Source: Thermoplasmata archaeon (GTDB lineage: Archaea; Thermoplasmatota; Thermoplasmata; RBG-16-68-12). Taken from it: DNA of 64,000 nt. Position numbers and translations under genes: made by a program. A model generated the notes under the pieces. The model saw only the letters and a list, made by a program, of their open reading frames with translations, made no database searches and was not told where the DNA came from. Below, one piece after another: positions 9,187 through 18,026 of this stretch (position 1 is the stretch's first letter; each line of letters opens with the position of its first letter). The stretch lies in contig DASPYU010000017.1 in the NCBI GenBank assembly GCA_035636595.1, positions 64,040 to 128,039 on the forward strand, in the 5' to 3' direction.

Positions 9187-9630
9187 ATGTTCGAGCACCC
9201 GAACGTGACGTTGGTCACGCACCTCTACGACGCCTTCGATACGAAGGACACCGAGCGCCTGAAGAGGCTGATTGCCGAGGACGCGATCTGGTACGTGCCC
9301 GGCTCCACCCCGATCTCGGGGGAGCACAAGGGCCAGGCGGCGATCCTCGCGTACTTCGCGAAGCTCGGGGAGCTGAGCGGCGGCACGTTCCGCGCGGAAC
9401 TCGTCGATATCCTCGCGAGCGACATGCACGCCGTCGCGCTCGCGACCGCGACGGGGACGCGGGGCGACCGCACCTTCGAGGGCAGCTACCTCCTCTTGTT
9501 GCGGATCGAGAACGGCCGGATCGTTGAGGCGCGCCTCTTCAACGACGACCCCGCGGCGTTCCAGGCGTTCTGGGCCGAGGGCGACACGCCGGTGTCGGAC
9601 CCGTCTTCCGCCGGCGAGAGCGACGTGTGA
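9187..9630 (+). CDS. SnoaL-like / NTF2-like (ketosteroid isomerase-like) protein
   Basis: 147 aa. The pattern LVTHLYDAFDTKD...IAEDAIWYVPG is typical of SnoaL_2/NTF2-like domains. Confidence 0.55.
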   Translation: MFEHPNVTLVTHLYDAFDTKDTERLKRLIAEDAIWYVPGSTPISGEHKGQAAILAYFAKLGELSGGTFRAELVDILASDMHAVALATATGTRGDRTFEGSYLLLLRIENGRIVEARLFNDDPAAFQAFWAEGDTPVSDPSSAGESDV

Positions 9631-10622
9631 CCACGCCCCACGGAACCCGCTCAACATACACCGCCGAGGCGTTGGGAGGGCCCATGTTGGCAGATTTGCA
9701 GAATGCGTACATCCAGGCGGTGGAGCGAGCGGGCGAGAGCACGGTCAACGTCAGCACGGCACGCGGCGCCTACGGACCGCCGTACGGACCCTGGCCGCGG
9801 CGGGGCTTCGGATCCGGCGTGGTGCTCGACGCGAACGGCCACATCCTGACGACGCATCATGTGGTGGACGAAGCGGAGAAAGTCATCGTGACGTTCAACG
9901 ACGGGCGAGTGCTGAGCGGCACGGTGGTCGGCGGGGACGAGGAAGCGGACATCGCGGTCGTGCGGGTGGAAGGCAAGGACTTCCACGTCGCGGACTTCGC
10001 GAACTCCGATGAGTTGAAGGTGGGCCAGCCGGTCCTCGCGATCGGCAATCCGCTCGGGTTGCCGGGCGGACCGACGGTCACCTCGGGCGTCGTCAGTTCC
10101 CTGCACCGGAACCTCGTCCGGTGGCCCGGAGACGGCCTGCCCGTGATCCAGACCGATGCAGCGGTGAATCCGGGCAACAGCGGCGGACCGCTCGTGGACT
10201 TGCGCGGCCGCGTCGTCGCGATCAACACGGCGACGATCCCGTACGCAGAAGGAATCGGCTTCTCGATTCCCATCAACGCGGCGTTGGCGGTGGCCCGTCA
10301 GATTCTTGAGCACGGCCACGTGCAGCGGCCCTGGCTCGGAATCGCCGGGTACGACGTGAACCGCCGACTCGCGGGATACTACGGGTTCACAAGCCGCAGC
10401 GGCGTCTTCGTGGCGGAGATTACCCCGGGTTCACCGGCGGAATCCGCCGGCCTCCTCGTCGGGGACGTCATCACGTCGATCGGAGGCCGTACCCTCTCGA
10501 CCGTTGCGGACCTTGTCGAGGCCCTGCGGGAACGCGCGATCGGCGACAAGATTGACGTTGCCGCGGAACGCCGCGGACAGTCCGTCCGCGCGACCGCGAC
10601 CCTGGGGAGCCGGCCGTACTGA
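9627..10622 (+). CDS. HtrA/DegP-family trypsin-like serine protease with C-terminal PDZ domain
   Basis: The S1C catalytic triad context is present: HILTTHHVV, DIAVVRV, GNSGGPLVD. A PDZ segment follows (VFVAEITPGSPAESAGLLVGDVITSIGG). The true start may be the ATG near 9684. Confidence 0.8.
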   Translation: MTTPHGTRSTYTAEALGGPMLADLQNAYIQAVERAGESTVNVSTARGAYGPPYGPWPRRGFGSGVVLDANGHILTTHHVVDEAEKVIVTFNDGRVLSGTVVGGDEEADIAVVRVEGKDFHVADFANSDELKVGQPVLAIGNPLGLPGGPTVTSGVVSSLHRNLVRWPGDGLPVIQTDAAVNPGNSGGPLVDLRGRVVAINTATIPYAEGIGFSIPINAALAVARQILEHGHVQRPWLGIAGYDVNRRLAGYYGFTSRSGVFVAEITPGSPAESAGLLVGDVITSIGGRTLSTVADLVEALRERAIGDKIDVAAERRGQSVRATATLGSRPY

Positions 10623-10673
10623 GTCGGATACGGAGCCCAACAACTTCAAGACCGGGGGCCTCATCGCGCCTTC

Positions 10674-10862
10674 GTGATGCGGCCCTCCCACCCCGAGGTT
10701 TGCCCGAATTGCGGCAAGCTCACGTGGAACTGGCGGTACCTGTCGGTCCGCGTGTGGATCGAGTGCGAGCATTGCGGCTACAAGGACAGCGTGAGCAACA
10801 CGCCGGTGAGCGGGGCCATGACGGACAGCACGTCCCGTAAATCCCCGTTCTCGAAGGCGTGA
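10674..10862 (+). CDS. small zinc-ribbon protein (CPNC...CEHC)
   Basis: 62-aa ORF with two CxxC pairs. Coding status is uncertain. Confidence 0.3.
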   Translation: MMRPSHPEVCPNCGKLTWNWRYLSVRVWIECEHCGYKDSVSNTPVSGAMTDSTSRKSPFSKA

Positions 10863-10887
10863 TCCGTCCTCACGGCCGGTTGTGCGG

Positions 10888-12051
10888 TCATAATCGTCGG
10901 AACGTCGCCTTTAACGTTCGGACCGTGTGCGGGCGCCAGTACAGCGCGTCGAAGAGCGCGGGGTCGCCGTCCATCTTCAGGTACTGCTTGCGGATCATCG
11001 CCGTGCCGTACCAGTAGCAGAACGCGTACGAGGCCCACGTCCGGTGCGCGGCATATCGGACGTCCCTCACCGCCTGCCGCCAGTCGACGAGGCCCGAATG
11101 CATCGCGTATCGCAGGAGCTCGCGCCGGGGCTCCTCCCGGTGGACCATCCAGGCGAGGTTGACTTCCGTCCCCCAGCGCAGGCGGTTCAGGAGCAGCGTC
11201 ATGCGGTCCTCGGGCGTCCGGTCCCAGCGGATGAACCACATTCCGTTCTCGCCGATCCCCTCCTCCACCGGGCCCATCGGGCACGCCGCCAGGGAGACGG
11301 CTGCCTCCCGCGGGAAGTCGCCGTGGAGGTACTCCCACTCCCGCGTGGCCTGGTGGACGTGATGGCCCGGATACGCCTCGTGGGCCGCCATATCCCGCAG
11401 TGCGGGCCAGGTCCACGGGAGGTCCACGTTTAGGTTCACGTCGCTGCGGTAGTCGTGGGTGTAATTGCAGATGCCGGAGATTGTGCGGCCGTGGGTCGGA
11501 CTCAGCTTCACGCGTTCCGTCTTCGGGAGTTTGAAGAGCCGTCGCGCATCGCGCCGCGCCAGGTCCAGGAATCGCCGCATCGTCGGGAGGACGGCGGCCC
11601 GCGCGACCCCGTGGTCTCGCTCCCACTCCTTGACCGCACGCTGGAGTCCGTCCCCGCCGCCGACGTGCAAGATGGACCGGACCTCCCGCCGCAAGGATTC
11701 GAGTTCCGACTCGGCGGCGGGCCGCGCGGGGAGATCGTAAAAGTCCCGCACCTGGTCGGGAAGGCGCGGGGACGGCCCTCGCACTTGACGGACGAGCGCC
11801 CGGAGCGTCGGGACGTGATCCTCGAGCCAATCCCGGCGAAATCCGCGGGGCTCCTTCCGAGTCAAGGTCGCTAGGCGCTGGACGGCGTCGACGATCTCGG
11901 GCCAGGTTCGCAGCGGCGCGAGCCGGACCGGGTCCAGGTCCCACGGCGTTAGCCGCGTTCTGTCGCGGGCCTGCGCGCGTCGATCCAACGCGTAGGCGAT
12001 CCGAAGGAACGTCCGAGCGGTCTCGTCCTCCACGGGCCGGCGCGGCGGCAC
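10888..12051 (-). CDS. DUF885-like putative metallopeptidase-fold protein (HEAYPGHHVHQ motif)
   Basis: 387 aa. The HE-x-x-PGHH-x-Q motif is characteristic of DUF885/COG4805. The protein is shorter than typical family members. Confidence 0.45.
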   Translation of the reverse strand: MPPRRPVEDETARTFLRIAYALDRRAQARDRTRLTPWDLDPVRLAPLRTWPEIVDAVQRLATLTRKEPRGFRRDWLEDHVPTLRALVRQVRGPSPRLPDQVRDFYDLPARPAAESELESLRREVRSILHVGGGDGLQRAVKEWERDHGVARAAVLPTMRRFLDLARRDARRLFKLPKTERVKLSPTHGRTISGICNYTHDYRSDVNLNVDLPWTWPALRDMAAHEAYPGHHVHQATREWEYLHGDFPREAAVSLAACPMGPVEEGIGENGMWFIRWDRTPEDRMTLLLNRLRWGTEVNLAWMVHREEPRRELLRYAMHSGLVDWRQAVRDVRYAAHRTWASYAFCYWYGTAMIRKQYLKMDGDPALFDALYWRPHTVRTLKATFRRL

Positions 12052-12102
12052 TCCAGCGGTATCGAGGGCCGCATCAAAAGGCTTCTCTCAGGAGCGCGGA
12101 CC

Positions 12103-12285
12103 TCAGAGAGGCCACTGATACGTGACGTACAAGACGACCGCGGACAGAGCGATGCAGAAGACCACGACCACCCAGGGAGGCACCTTGAGCGCCTTCTCGT
12201 CCTCCTGGTCGAAGTATCGGATCAGGCCTGCGGCCGAGTGGAAGCCGCTGTCGCGATCTTTCGCCATGTGCTCGGACGTGTCCAT
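12103..12285 (-). CDS. preprotein translocase subunit Sec61beta (SecG-like)
   Basis: 60 aa. [19 protein letters not shown] is followed by a single C-terminal TM helix ([16 protein letters not shown]), the archaeal Sec61beta signature. Confidence 0.7.
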   Translation of the reverse strand: MDTSEHMAKDRDSGFHSAAGLIRYFDQEDEKALKVPPWVVVVFCIALSAVVLYVTYQWPL

Positions 12286-12392
12286 GGCGGCCCGGCATTA
12301 AAACGTTTTCGCGCGGTGGGTGTACGCACCCGTCCTCCGAGGAGAGGATTAATACAAGGACTCGGATGGCGCCTCCCTCGCGGTCGCGCGTC

Positions 12393-12665
12393 ATGACAGA
12401 GGCCGGCGTCGTCTACATCGGGAAGAAGCCGACGATGACCTACGTCTTGGCGGTCGTCACGCACTTCATCGACGGCACGCGCGACGTTGTCGTGAAGGCC
12501 CGCGGCCGATCGATCTCCCGTGCGGTCGACGTGGCCGAAATCGTCCGAGGTCGCTTCGTCCCGGAGGCGAAGGTGCGGGACGTGCGCATCGCCACGGAGA
12601 AAGTGGCCGGCGAGGACGGCCGCGCGACGAGCGTGAGCAGCATCGAGATCGTCCTGTCCCGCTGA
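12393..12665 (+). CDS. albA: DNA/RNA-binding protein Alba
   Basis: Conserved Alba motifs are present: [20 protein letters not shown]...[24 protein letters not shown]. The start is taken at the internal ATG (MTEAG...). Confidence 0.8.
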   Translation: MTEAGVVYIGKKPTMTYVLAVVTHFIDGTRDVVVKARGRSISRAVDVAEIVRGRFVPEAKVRDVRIATEKVAGEDGRATSVSSIEIVLSR

Positions 12666-12714
12666 CATTGTACGCGCAAAGACATTTATCGCCCTTGATG
12701 CTAGCCGACGCCGG

Positions 12715-13575
12715 ATGTCGCCGATTGACGTGCTTTTGCTCCTTGCGCTGGCGGCGTTCCTCGCGGGCATCGCGGGGTCCTTCCTCGGGATCGGCGGCGG
12801 CGTCTTCCTCATCCCGTTCATGACGCTGGGCCTGGGGATCGACATCAAGGTCGCGATCGGCACGAGCCTGATCGGGGTCATCGCGACGTCGACCGGCGCC
12901 GCCTCCGTGTATGTGCGAGACCACCTCACGAACCTGCGGCTCGCGATGTTCCTCGAGATCGCGACGACCTTGGGCGCAATCGTCGGAGCGCTTGCCGGCC
13001 TGTTGCTCCCGTCGCAATATCTGTTCATGGTCTTCGGAATCGTGGTGCTGTACGCGTCCGCCTCGATGGCACGAACGAGGGAGACCGCGAAGGACCGCGC
13101 GTACCACGCGGGCGAAGAGAACCCTCTCTCCAAGCGCCTCAACCTCGGGAGCGTGTACTTCGACCGCGAAGACCAGGGCGTCTACCGCTACCGCGTCGAG
13201 CGGCCGGGAGCCGGGTTCGGCGTCAGCGCGGCCGCCGGCCTGTTTTCAGGACTCCTGGGCGTCGGAGGCGGCTTCATCAAAGTCCCCGCGATGAACATCC
13301 TGATGCGCGTCCCGATGAAGGCCGCCGTCGCGACGAGCAACTTCATGATCGGGGTCACGGCGGCCGCGAGCGCGTTCATCTATTACTCCCAGGGGCTGGT
13401 GAACCCAAGTCTCGCGTCGATGGTGATCGTCGGGGTGTTCACGGGCACGAACCTTGGGACGCGCGTGCTCGAGCGGACGAAGGCGCAGCAGGTGCGCTTC
13501 CTCTTCGCGGTGTTCCTCGCGATCATCGGCGTCCTCATGGCCTTGCGGGCGACCGGATTCGGGGTGCTCGTGTGA
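12715..13575 (+). CDS. TauE/SafE (DUF81) family anion exporter membrane protein
   Basis: 286 aa, polytopic. GIGGGVFLIPF and GVGGGFIKVP repeated half-domains are typical of TauE/SafE. Confidence 0.75.
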   Translation: MSPIDVLLLLALAAFLAGIAGSFLGIGGGVFLIPFMTLGLGIDIKVAIGTSLIGVIATSTGAASVYVRDHLTNLRLAMFLEIATTLGAIVGALAGLLLPSQYLFMVFGIVVLYASASMARTRETAKDRAYHAGEENPLSKRLNLGSVYFDREDQGVYRYRVERPGAGFGVSAAAGLFSGLLGVGGGFIKVPAMNILMRVPMKAAVATSNFMIGVTAAASAFIYYSQGLVNPSLASMVIVGVFTGTNLGTRVLERTKAQQVRFLFAVFLAIIGVLMALRATGFGVLV

Positions 13576-13976
13576 TCTATCCTCGGGTCGGACTGCGAAT
13601 CATCCAAGACCGCATCGGAGCGTTGCGGCGCGCCGTCGTCGCCGAGGTCGAGGACATCAACCGCCTCATCTACCACGTGCTGCGGGGCGGCGTCCTCGTC
13701 TCCGTGTCGTTCATCCTGTTCGGGTTCATCCTCCGCGGACTCGGAGGGCCCGACGTGCCCGATTCCTCGATCCCCACGCGGAGCCTCCTCCCGGCGCTCA
13801 TCCACTTCACTCCCGCCGGATTCCTGAATCTCGGGGTCCTGCTGATGATCTTCACGCCGATGGCCCGCGTCGTCCTGAGCCTCGTCTCCTTCGGGGAGGA
13901 GGGAGACCGGACGTACACCGCCTTGACGGGCATTGTGTTCGTGAACCTCCTCGTGAGCGTGTTCCTCCTCGCGTGA
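13572..13976 (+). CDS. DUF1634 small membrane protein (commonly paired with TauE/DUF81)
   Basis: 134 aa with 3-4 TM helices. It overlaps the TauE stop by 4 nt. Confidence 0.55.
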   Translation: MIYPRVGLRIIQDRIGALRRAVVAEVEDINRLIYHVLRGGVLVSVSFILFGFILRGLGGPDVPDSSIPTRSLLPALIHFTPAGFLNLGVLLMIFTPMARVVLSLVSFGEEGDRTYTALTGIVFVNLLVSVFLLA

Positions 13977-14007
13977 ACCTTTAAGCGCGGCGCCCCATGG
14001 GGAACCC

Positions 14008-15213
14008 GTGGACGAGGTCCTCGCCGCGGCCCAATCGGTCGACTGGTCCGGTCTCGGCGAGCGGACGCTTTGTGATGCGTGTCTCGGCCGGCTGTTTGGG
14101 AAGGTCGGACACGGACACACGAACGTCGAACGGGGCCGTGCGATTCGCGCCAGCAGCCCCGCGGAAGGCGCATGTTGGGTGTGCGCGGGCCTCACGGATC
14201 GGTACGATGACCTCGCGGAGCTGGTCCACCGCAAGCTGGGGCCCTGGGAGTTCGACACCTTCCGGATCGGATCGAAGATCGACCCCGAAGTCTCGGCACG
14301 CGAAGAGTCCCTCTGGTCCGAGCTCGGCCTCGCGAACGCCGAACCGCTCAAGGCCGAAGTGAACCGCGAGATCGGGAAGCGCGTCGCCGACCTGGTGCGC
14401 AAGGAACCGGATCTCGCGAATCCGGATGTCGTGGCCGTCGTCGATACCGCGTTCGACCACGTCGATCTCCAGGTGAATCCGCTGTACCTCCGGGGCCGCT
14501 ACCGCAAGCTCGTCCGCGGCGTGCCGCAGACCCGCTGGCCCTGCCGGCGGTGCATGGGCAAAGGATGCGCCCGCTGCGGCGGAACGGGCAAGATGTACCC
14601 GACCAGCGTCGAGGAAGTGATCGCCGCGGAAGTCATGCGGGAGGCGGGCGGCACCGCCCATGCGTTGCACGGCATGGGCCGCGAAGATGTGGACGCGCGG
14701 ATGCTCGGCCGCGGACGCCCGTTCATCGTCGAGATCAAGGAACCGCGAAAGCGTCGCATCGACCTCGCCGCCGCGGTCGATCGGATCAACGCTTCGGGAA
14801 TGGTCGAAGTGGACGGACTCGTCCCTGCGAAGGGCGCGGACATCGTCGGATTGAAAGAGGACCGCGCCGCGAAGACGTACCGGGTCCTCCTGAGGACCAT
14901 CCCTCCCGTGGACGAAGCAAAGCTTAAGAGGACCCTCCCGGTTTTGGTGCCCGAGCCGATCGCTCAACGCACCCCCGAACGGGTCGTTCACCGGCGTGCG
15001 GATACCATACGGCATCGACGGGTCTTGGCGGCGGAAGTCGTCGGGACGGACGCCGACCGCGCGGAGATCCGCGTGACGGCGGAGGCGGGGACCTACATCA
15101 AGGAGTGGGTTCACGGGGACCGCGGACGGACGTCGCCGTCCCTCGCGGAACGACTCGGGGTGGTGTGCGAGGTGCTCGAGCTCGACGTGCTGGACGTCCA
15201 CGACGACGGGTGA
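14008..15213 (+). CDS. pus10: tRNA pseudouridine(54/55) synthase Pus10
   Basis: N-terminal Zn-binding cysteines (CDACLGR...CWVC), a second Cys cluster (CRRCMGKGCARCGG), and a RTPERVVHRRADTIRHR segment typical of Pus10. It sits immediately upstream of L21e, the canonical archaeal position. Confidence 0.7.
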   Translation: MDEVLAAAQSVDWSGLGERTLCDACLGRLFGKVGHGHTNVERGRAIRASSPAEGACWVCAGLTDRYDDLAELVHRKLGPWEFDTFRIGSKIDPEVSAREESLWSELGLANAEPLKAEVNREIGKRVADLVRKEPDLANPDVVAVVDTAFDHVDLQVNPLYLRGRYRKLVRGVPQTRWPCRRCMGKGCARCGGTGKMYPTSVEEVIAAEVMREAGGTAHALHGMGREDVDARMLGRGRPFIVEIKEPRKRRIDLAAAVDRINASGMVEVDGLVPAKGADIVGLKEDRAAKTYRVLLRTIPPVDEAKLKRTLPVLVPEPIAQRTPERVVHRRADTIRHRRVLAAEVVGTDADRAEIRVTAEAGTYIKEWVHGDRGRTSPSLAERLGVVCEVLELDVLDVHDDG

Positions 15214-15219
15214 TTCGGA

Positions 15220-15510
15220 ATGGTGAAGGCCTCGAAAGGGATCATGGAGAAGACGCGGCAGAAGTTTCGCCGCAGTCCGCGCGAGCGCGGGCTCTCTCCG
15301 ATCACGCGATCCTTCCAGGTCTTCGCGGACGGCGAACACGTCACGATCGTGATCGATTCGAGCGTCCAGAAAGGCTGGCCCCACCACCGATTCCACGGCA
15401 TGACCGGCAAGGTCGTTGGCCGCCGCGGGGGCTCGTTCCTCGTCGACGTGCGGTTTGGCGGGAAGATCAAGCACGCCGTGGTCCGCCCCGAACACCTGAG
15501 GCGCGCCTAG
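15220..15510 (+). CDS. rpl21e: 50S ribosomal protein L21e
   Basis: 96 aa. The KTRQKFRRSPRERG...GMTGKVVGRRG pattern matches L21e. Confidence 0.85.
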   Translation: MVKASKGIMEKTRQKFRRSPRERGLSPITRSFQVFADGEHVTIVIDSSVQKGWPHHRFHGMTGKVVGRRGGSFLVDVRFGGKIKHAVVRPEHLRRA

Positions 15511-15520
15511 GAGGGAGACG

Positions 15521-15841
15521 ATGGAGGAAGCGTTCGTGTCCCTCACGGAACTGAAAGTCATCCTCGAGAAGGAGAAGGCGGCCCGCGGCGAGCTGAATCC
15601 GGAGCAGCAGTACTCGTTCTCGCATGCGTCCCTCTTCGCCCGCGTTCCTCCGGAGAAGGTCCCGCCGATCGTGAAGGAGCTCATGGAGATCCCCATGATG
15701 TCGCCCTTCAACGCGGTGAAGATCGTCGACCTGATGCCGACGCACATGGACGACGTCCGCGCGATCTTCGCGAAGGAACGATTCGCCTTGTCGAAAGAGG
15801 ATGCGGAGAAGGTCATCGAGATCGTGGGGAAATACCGCTGA
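15521..15841 (+). CDS. rpoF: DNA-directed RNA polymerase subunit F (Rpo4)
   Basis: 106-aa helical protein lying between L21e and DUF655, the conserved archaeal gene order. Confidence 0.6.
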   Translation: MEEAFVSLTELKVILEKEKAARGELNPEQQYSFSHASLFARVPPEKVPPIVKELMEIPMMSPFNAVKIVDLMPTHMDDVRAIFAKERFALSKEDAEKVIEIVGKYR

Positions 15842-15854
15842 CGAGGCGATCCGT

Positions 15855-16403
15855 ATGGAAGATTACGCCCGCATCCTCGATTACCTACCGCAAGGTCATC
15901 CGGACCAGTCGAAGTTCCATCGCGAGCCCCTCGCCTACGCGCTCGGCGTGGACGAGTTCAAACTCTTCGAGCTCGTGCCGAAGGAGGGAGCGGCCCTCGG
16001 CATCGGGCAGCGCGTGTACATCGGCAAGGAGATCGACCAGCGGACGGAAGTCCTTCATGTGAAGCGCCGCGTTGGCCATGAGGAGCTCACGACGGCGGCG
16101 CAGAAGGAGCTGCCCTTCGTGATCCAAGAGACCGTCAAGGAGAAGGAGGCGAAGTTCGTCGACTTCTTCAACCGCGCGCAGGCGATCACGACGCGGTTCC
16201 ACATGCTCGAGCTGCTTCCCGGCCTCGGCAAGAAGACGATGTGGGCGATCCTCGAGGAGCGGAAGAAGGGGCCGTTCACGTCGTTTCAGGATCTCGACCA
16301 GCGTGTCCCGAGCATCCACCACCCAGAGAAACTCGTCGCGAAGCGGATCGAGATGGAGATCTCCGACCCGACGCAGAAGTACCGGCTGTTCGTCGCACGA
16401 TAG
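15855..16403 (+). CDS. DUF655-family predicted RNA-binding protein (OB-fold plus HhH)
   Basis: The start is taken at the internal ATG (MEDYARILDYLPQGHP...). An HhH-like segment LELLPGLGKKTMWAILEER is present. It lies downstream of rpoF, as in most archaea. Confidence 0.6.
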   Translation: MEDYARILDYLPQGHPDQSKFHREPLAYALGVDEFKLFELVPKEGAALGIGQRVYIGKEIDQRTEVLHVKRRVGHEELTTAAQKELPFVIQETVKEKEAKFVDFFNRAQAITTRFHMLELLPGLGKKTMWAILEERKKGPFTSFQDLDQRVPSIHHPEKLVAKRIEMEISDPTQKYRLFVAR

Positions 16404-16512
16404 CCCGAACAGCTCAGGCTGCTCCGTGGCCGAATCGGTCGCTTGCGCGCTTAGATCCTAAAATGAACGAATCGTAGACCGTTTGCGGCGTCGCAGTTCC
16501 AACGCTGGCAAG

Positions 16513-17109
16513 TTAAGTTCTTACAGGGAAGAGAATCGGATAACCAGCTTGTTTCGCGGCCCGTAGAAATTGCTTAAGCATCAGCCGATAGGCGCTCCAG
16601 AGACCGATCAGGGAGGCAAAGTACAGGGGGAAGAAGGACCAGCTGTTCTGGCTGCCGCTTATCCGCTCGAATTCAACCGCCACGAAACCCCACCCGAACA
16701 TGGCCGCCAGATAGGCAAAGCTAACAAGATTTGCTTGCAGCCAGTGGCCTCCTTGAGCAAGCGATCGGAGATATCCGGCAACCAATCTTGCGTTCTCGTC
16801 GCTCTTGTTCATGCCGGTGCCGATACTAGCTTCGAGAACGGTGGCGCTCGCGATCGGCGTCCACCACGCGTCGACAAGGGCAACGAAACTGAACGCGACC
16901 ACGAATATTCTCAAGAACGCATCAGTCGATTGCGCCGAGGACACTACCAACAAGGTGATCACGAAGATCCCCCACCAAAGTGGGCACAGCAAGAAGAAAC
17001 GTTCCCACAAACCGCCCGCCGACCAGATCACTCGAAGCCCCTCGAATCCGCTCGCGGTACCGGTCGATTCGGGCACACCAGAGAAGGGTGTTGGCGTGGT
17101 CATCTTCAC
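16513..17109 (-). CDS. hypothetical polytopic membrane protein (lower-GC segment)
   Basis: 198 aa with about 5 hydrophobic helices. Local GC is about 54%, against a background of about 66%. Confidence 0.4.
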   Translation of the reverse strand: MKMTTPTPFSGVPESTGTASGFEGLRVIWSAGGLWERFFLLCPLWWGIFVITLLVVSSAQSTDAFLRIFVVAFSFVALVDAWWTPIASATVLEASIGTGMNKSDENARLVAGYLRSLAQGGHWLQANLVSFAYLAAMFGWGFVAVEFERISGSQNSWSFFPLYFASLIGLWSAYRLMLKQFLRAAKQAGYPILFPVRT

Positions 17110-17120
17110 GGCCTATCTGG

Positions 17121-17924
17121 TCAGACCTTGACGAGATCCGCCTCGATCTCGCGGCAATCATGGGACGACAATCCGAGCTTCTTCCGCAACGCCTCGAGCA
17201 GTTCGCGTTCGTTGTCCGTGATCGGACCCCCCTCGAGCGCCTCCGACGCGACCGCCCGGTAGATGCCGGTCCGGTTCTCGAGGACTTCCTCGAGGACCTC
17301 ACTCTCGATGCGGTCCTGCTCCTCCCTCGAGATGCCGAGGTTCTCCCGGAGCTGCTCGACCAGGAGACGTTCGGTCGCGGTGACGCGACCGTCCTTCCAG
17401 GCCGTCATGACGGCGCGCGTGTAGTCCTCGAGTCTCTTGACGCGTTCGTCCATCGCCCGCTTGCGTCGGTCATCAATGCCTTCGAGGTACTCCAGGTCGA
17501 GTTCGTTCACGTTCATCGCCTCGCGGATGATGTCCGAGAACGTCAGGTGGACCGACGTCGCGCGGTCGATCTCGTCGAGGCTCATCTCCTTCGTCACGCC
17601 GGCGATCTTGATCGGGACGCGGACTTTCGCGATGCGTTCCTTGATTCCCATCGCCCGCTCCCACCCGCGGGGCGCGAGGTAGTATGCGAGCATGCGCTGT
17701 TTCTCGCCTTCGATGTGCGCCTTCGTCTCGACCAGGAAACCGTCCCGCACCATCTCGTCGAGGTAGCGGGAAAGATGTTTGCGTTGCACGCCGGCCGCGA
17801 AGGCGATGCCTTTCTGGGACAGGGCCTGCGGCATCACGTACCGTTCCTCCATGTTCCGGAAGTCGGAGAGGTACAGGAGGATTCGATCCTCCGTCCCGAG
17901 CGTGAGCGGCGAGTCCTGTTTCAC
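17121..17924 (-). CDS. winged-helix DNA-binding protein with two tandem TerB-like helical repeats
   Basis: A wHTH segment (ILLYLSDF...MPQALSQKGIAFAAGVQRKHLSRYLDEMVRDGFLVE) is followed by a duplicated motif TxxERxLLExLRxxLG(I/L)SxxE. The start is either GTG at 17924 or ATG at 17852. The upstream 600 codons of the raw 873-aa ORF are antisense of the next gene. Confidence 0.5.
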   Translation of the reverse strand: MKQDSPLTLGTEDRILLYLSDFRNMEERYVMPQALSQKGIAFAAGVQRKHLSRYLDEMVRDGFLVETKAHIEGEKQRMLAYYLAPRGWERAMGIKERIAKVRVPIKIAGVTKEMSLDEIDRATSVHLTFSDIIREAMNVNELDLEYLEGIDDRRKRAMDERVKRLEDYTRAVMTAWKDGRVTATERLLVEQLRENLGISREEQDRIESEVLEEVLENRTGIYRAVASEALEGGPITDNERELLEALRKKLGLSSHDCREIEADLVKV

Positions 17925-18026
17925 GCCTTCCGGGAACGCCGGGCGGGGCGGATAATCCTTCGCCCCGGCGATTCGCGCACCCTGCCCGCATGTTCTTAAG
18001 GGCTCCTCGGCCTCGGACGGTGTGGG

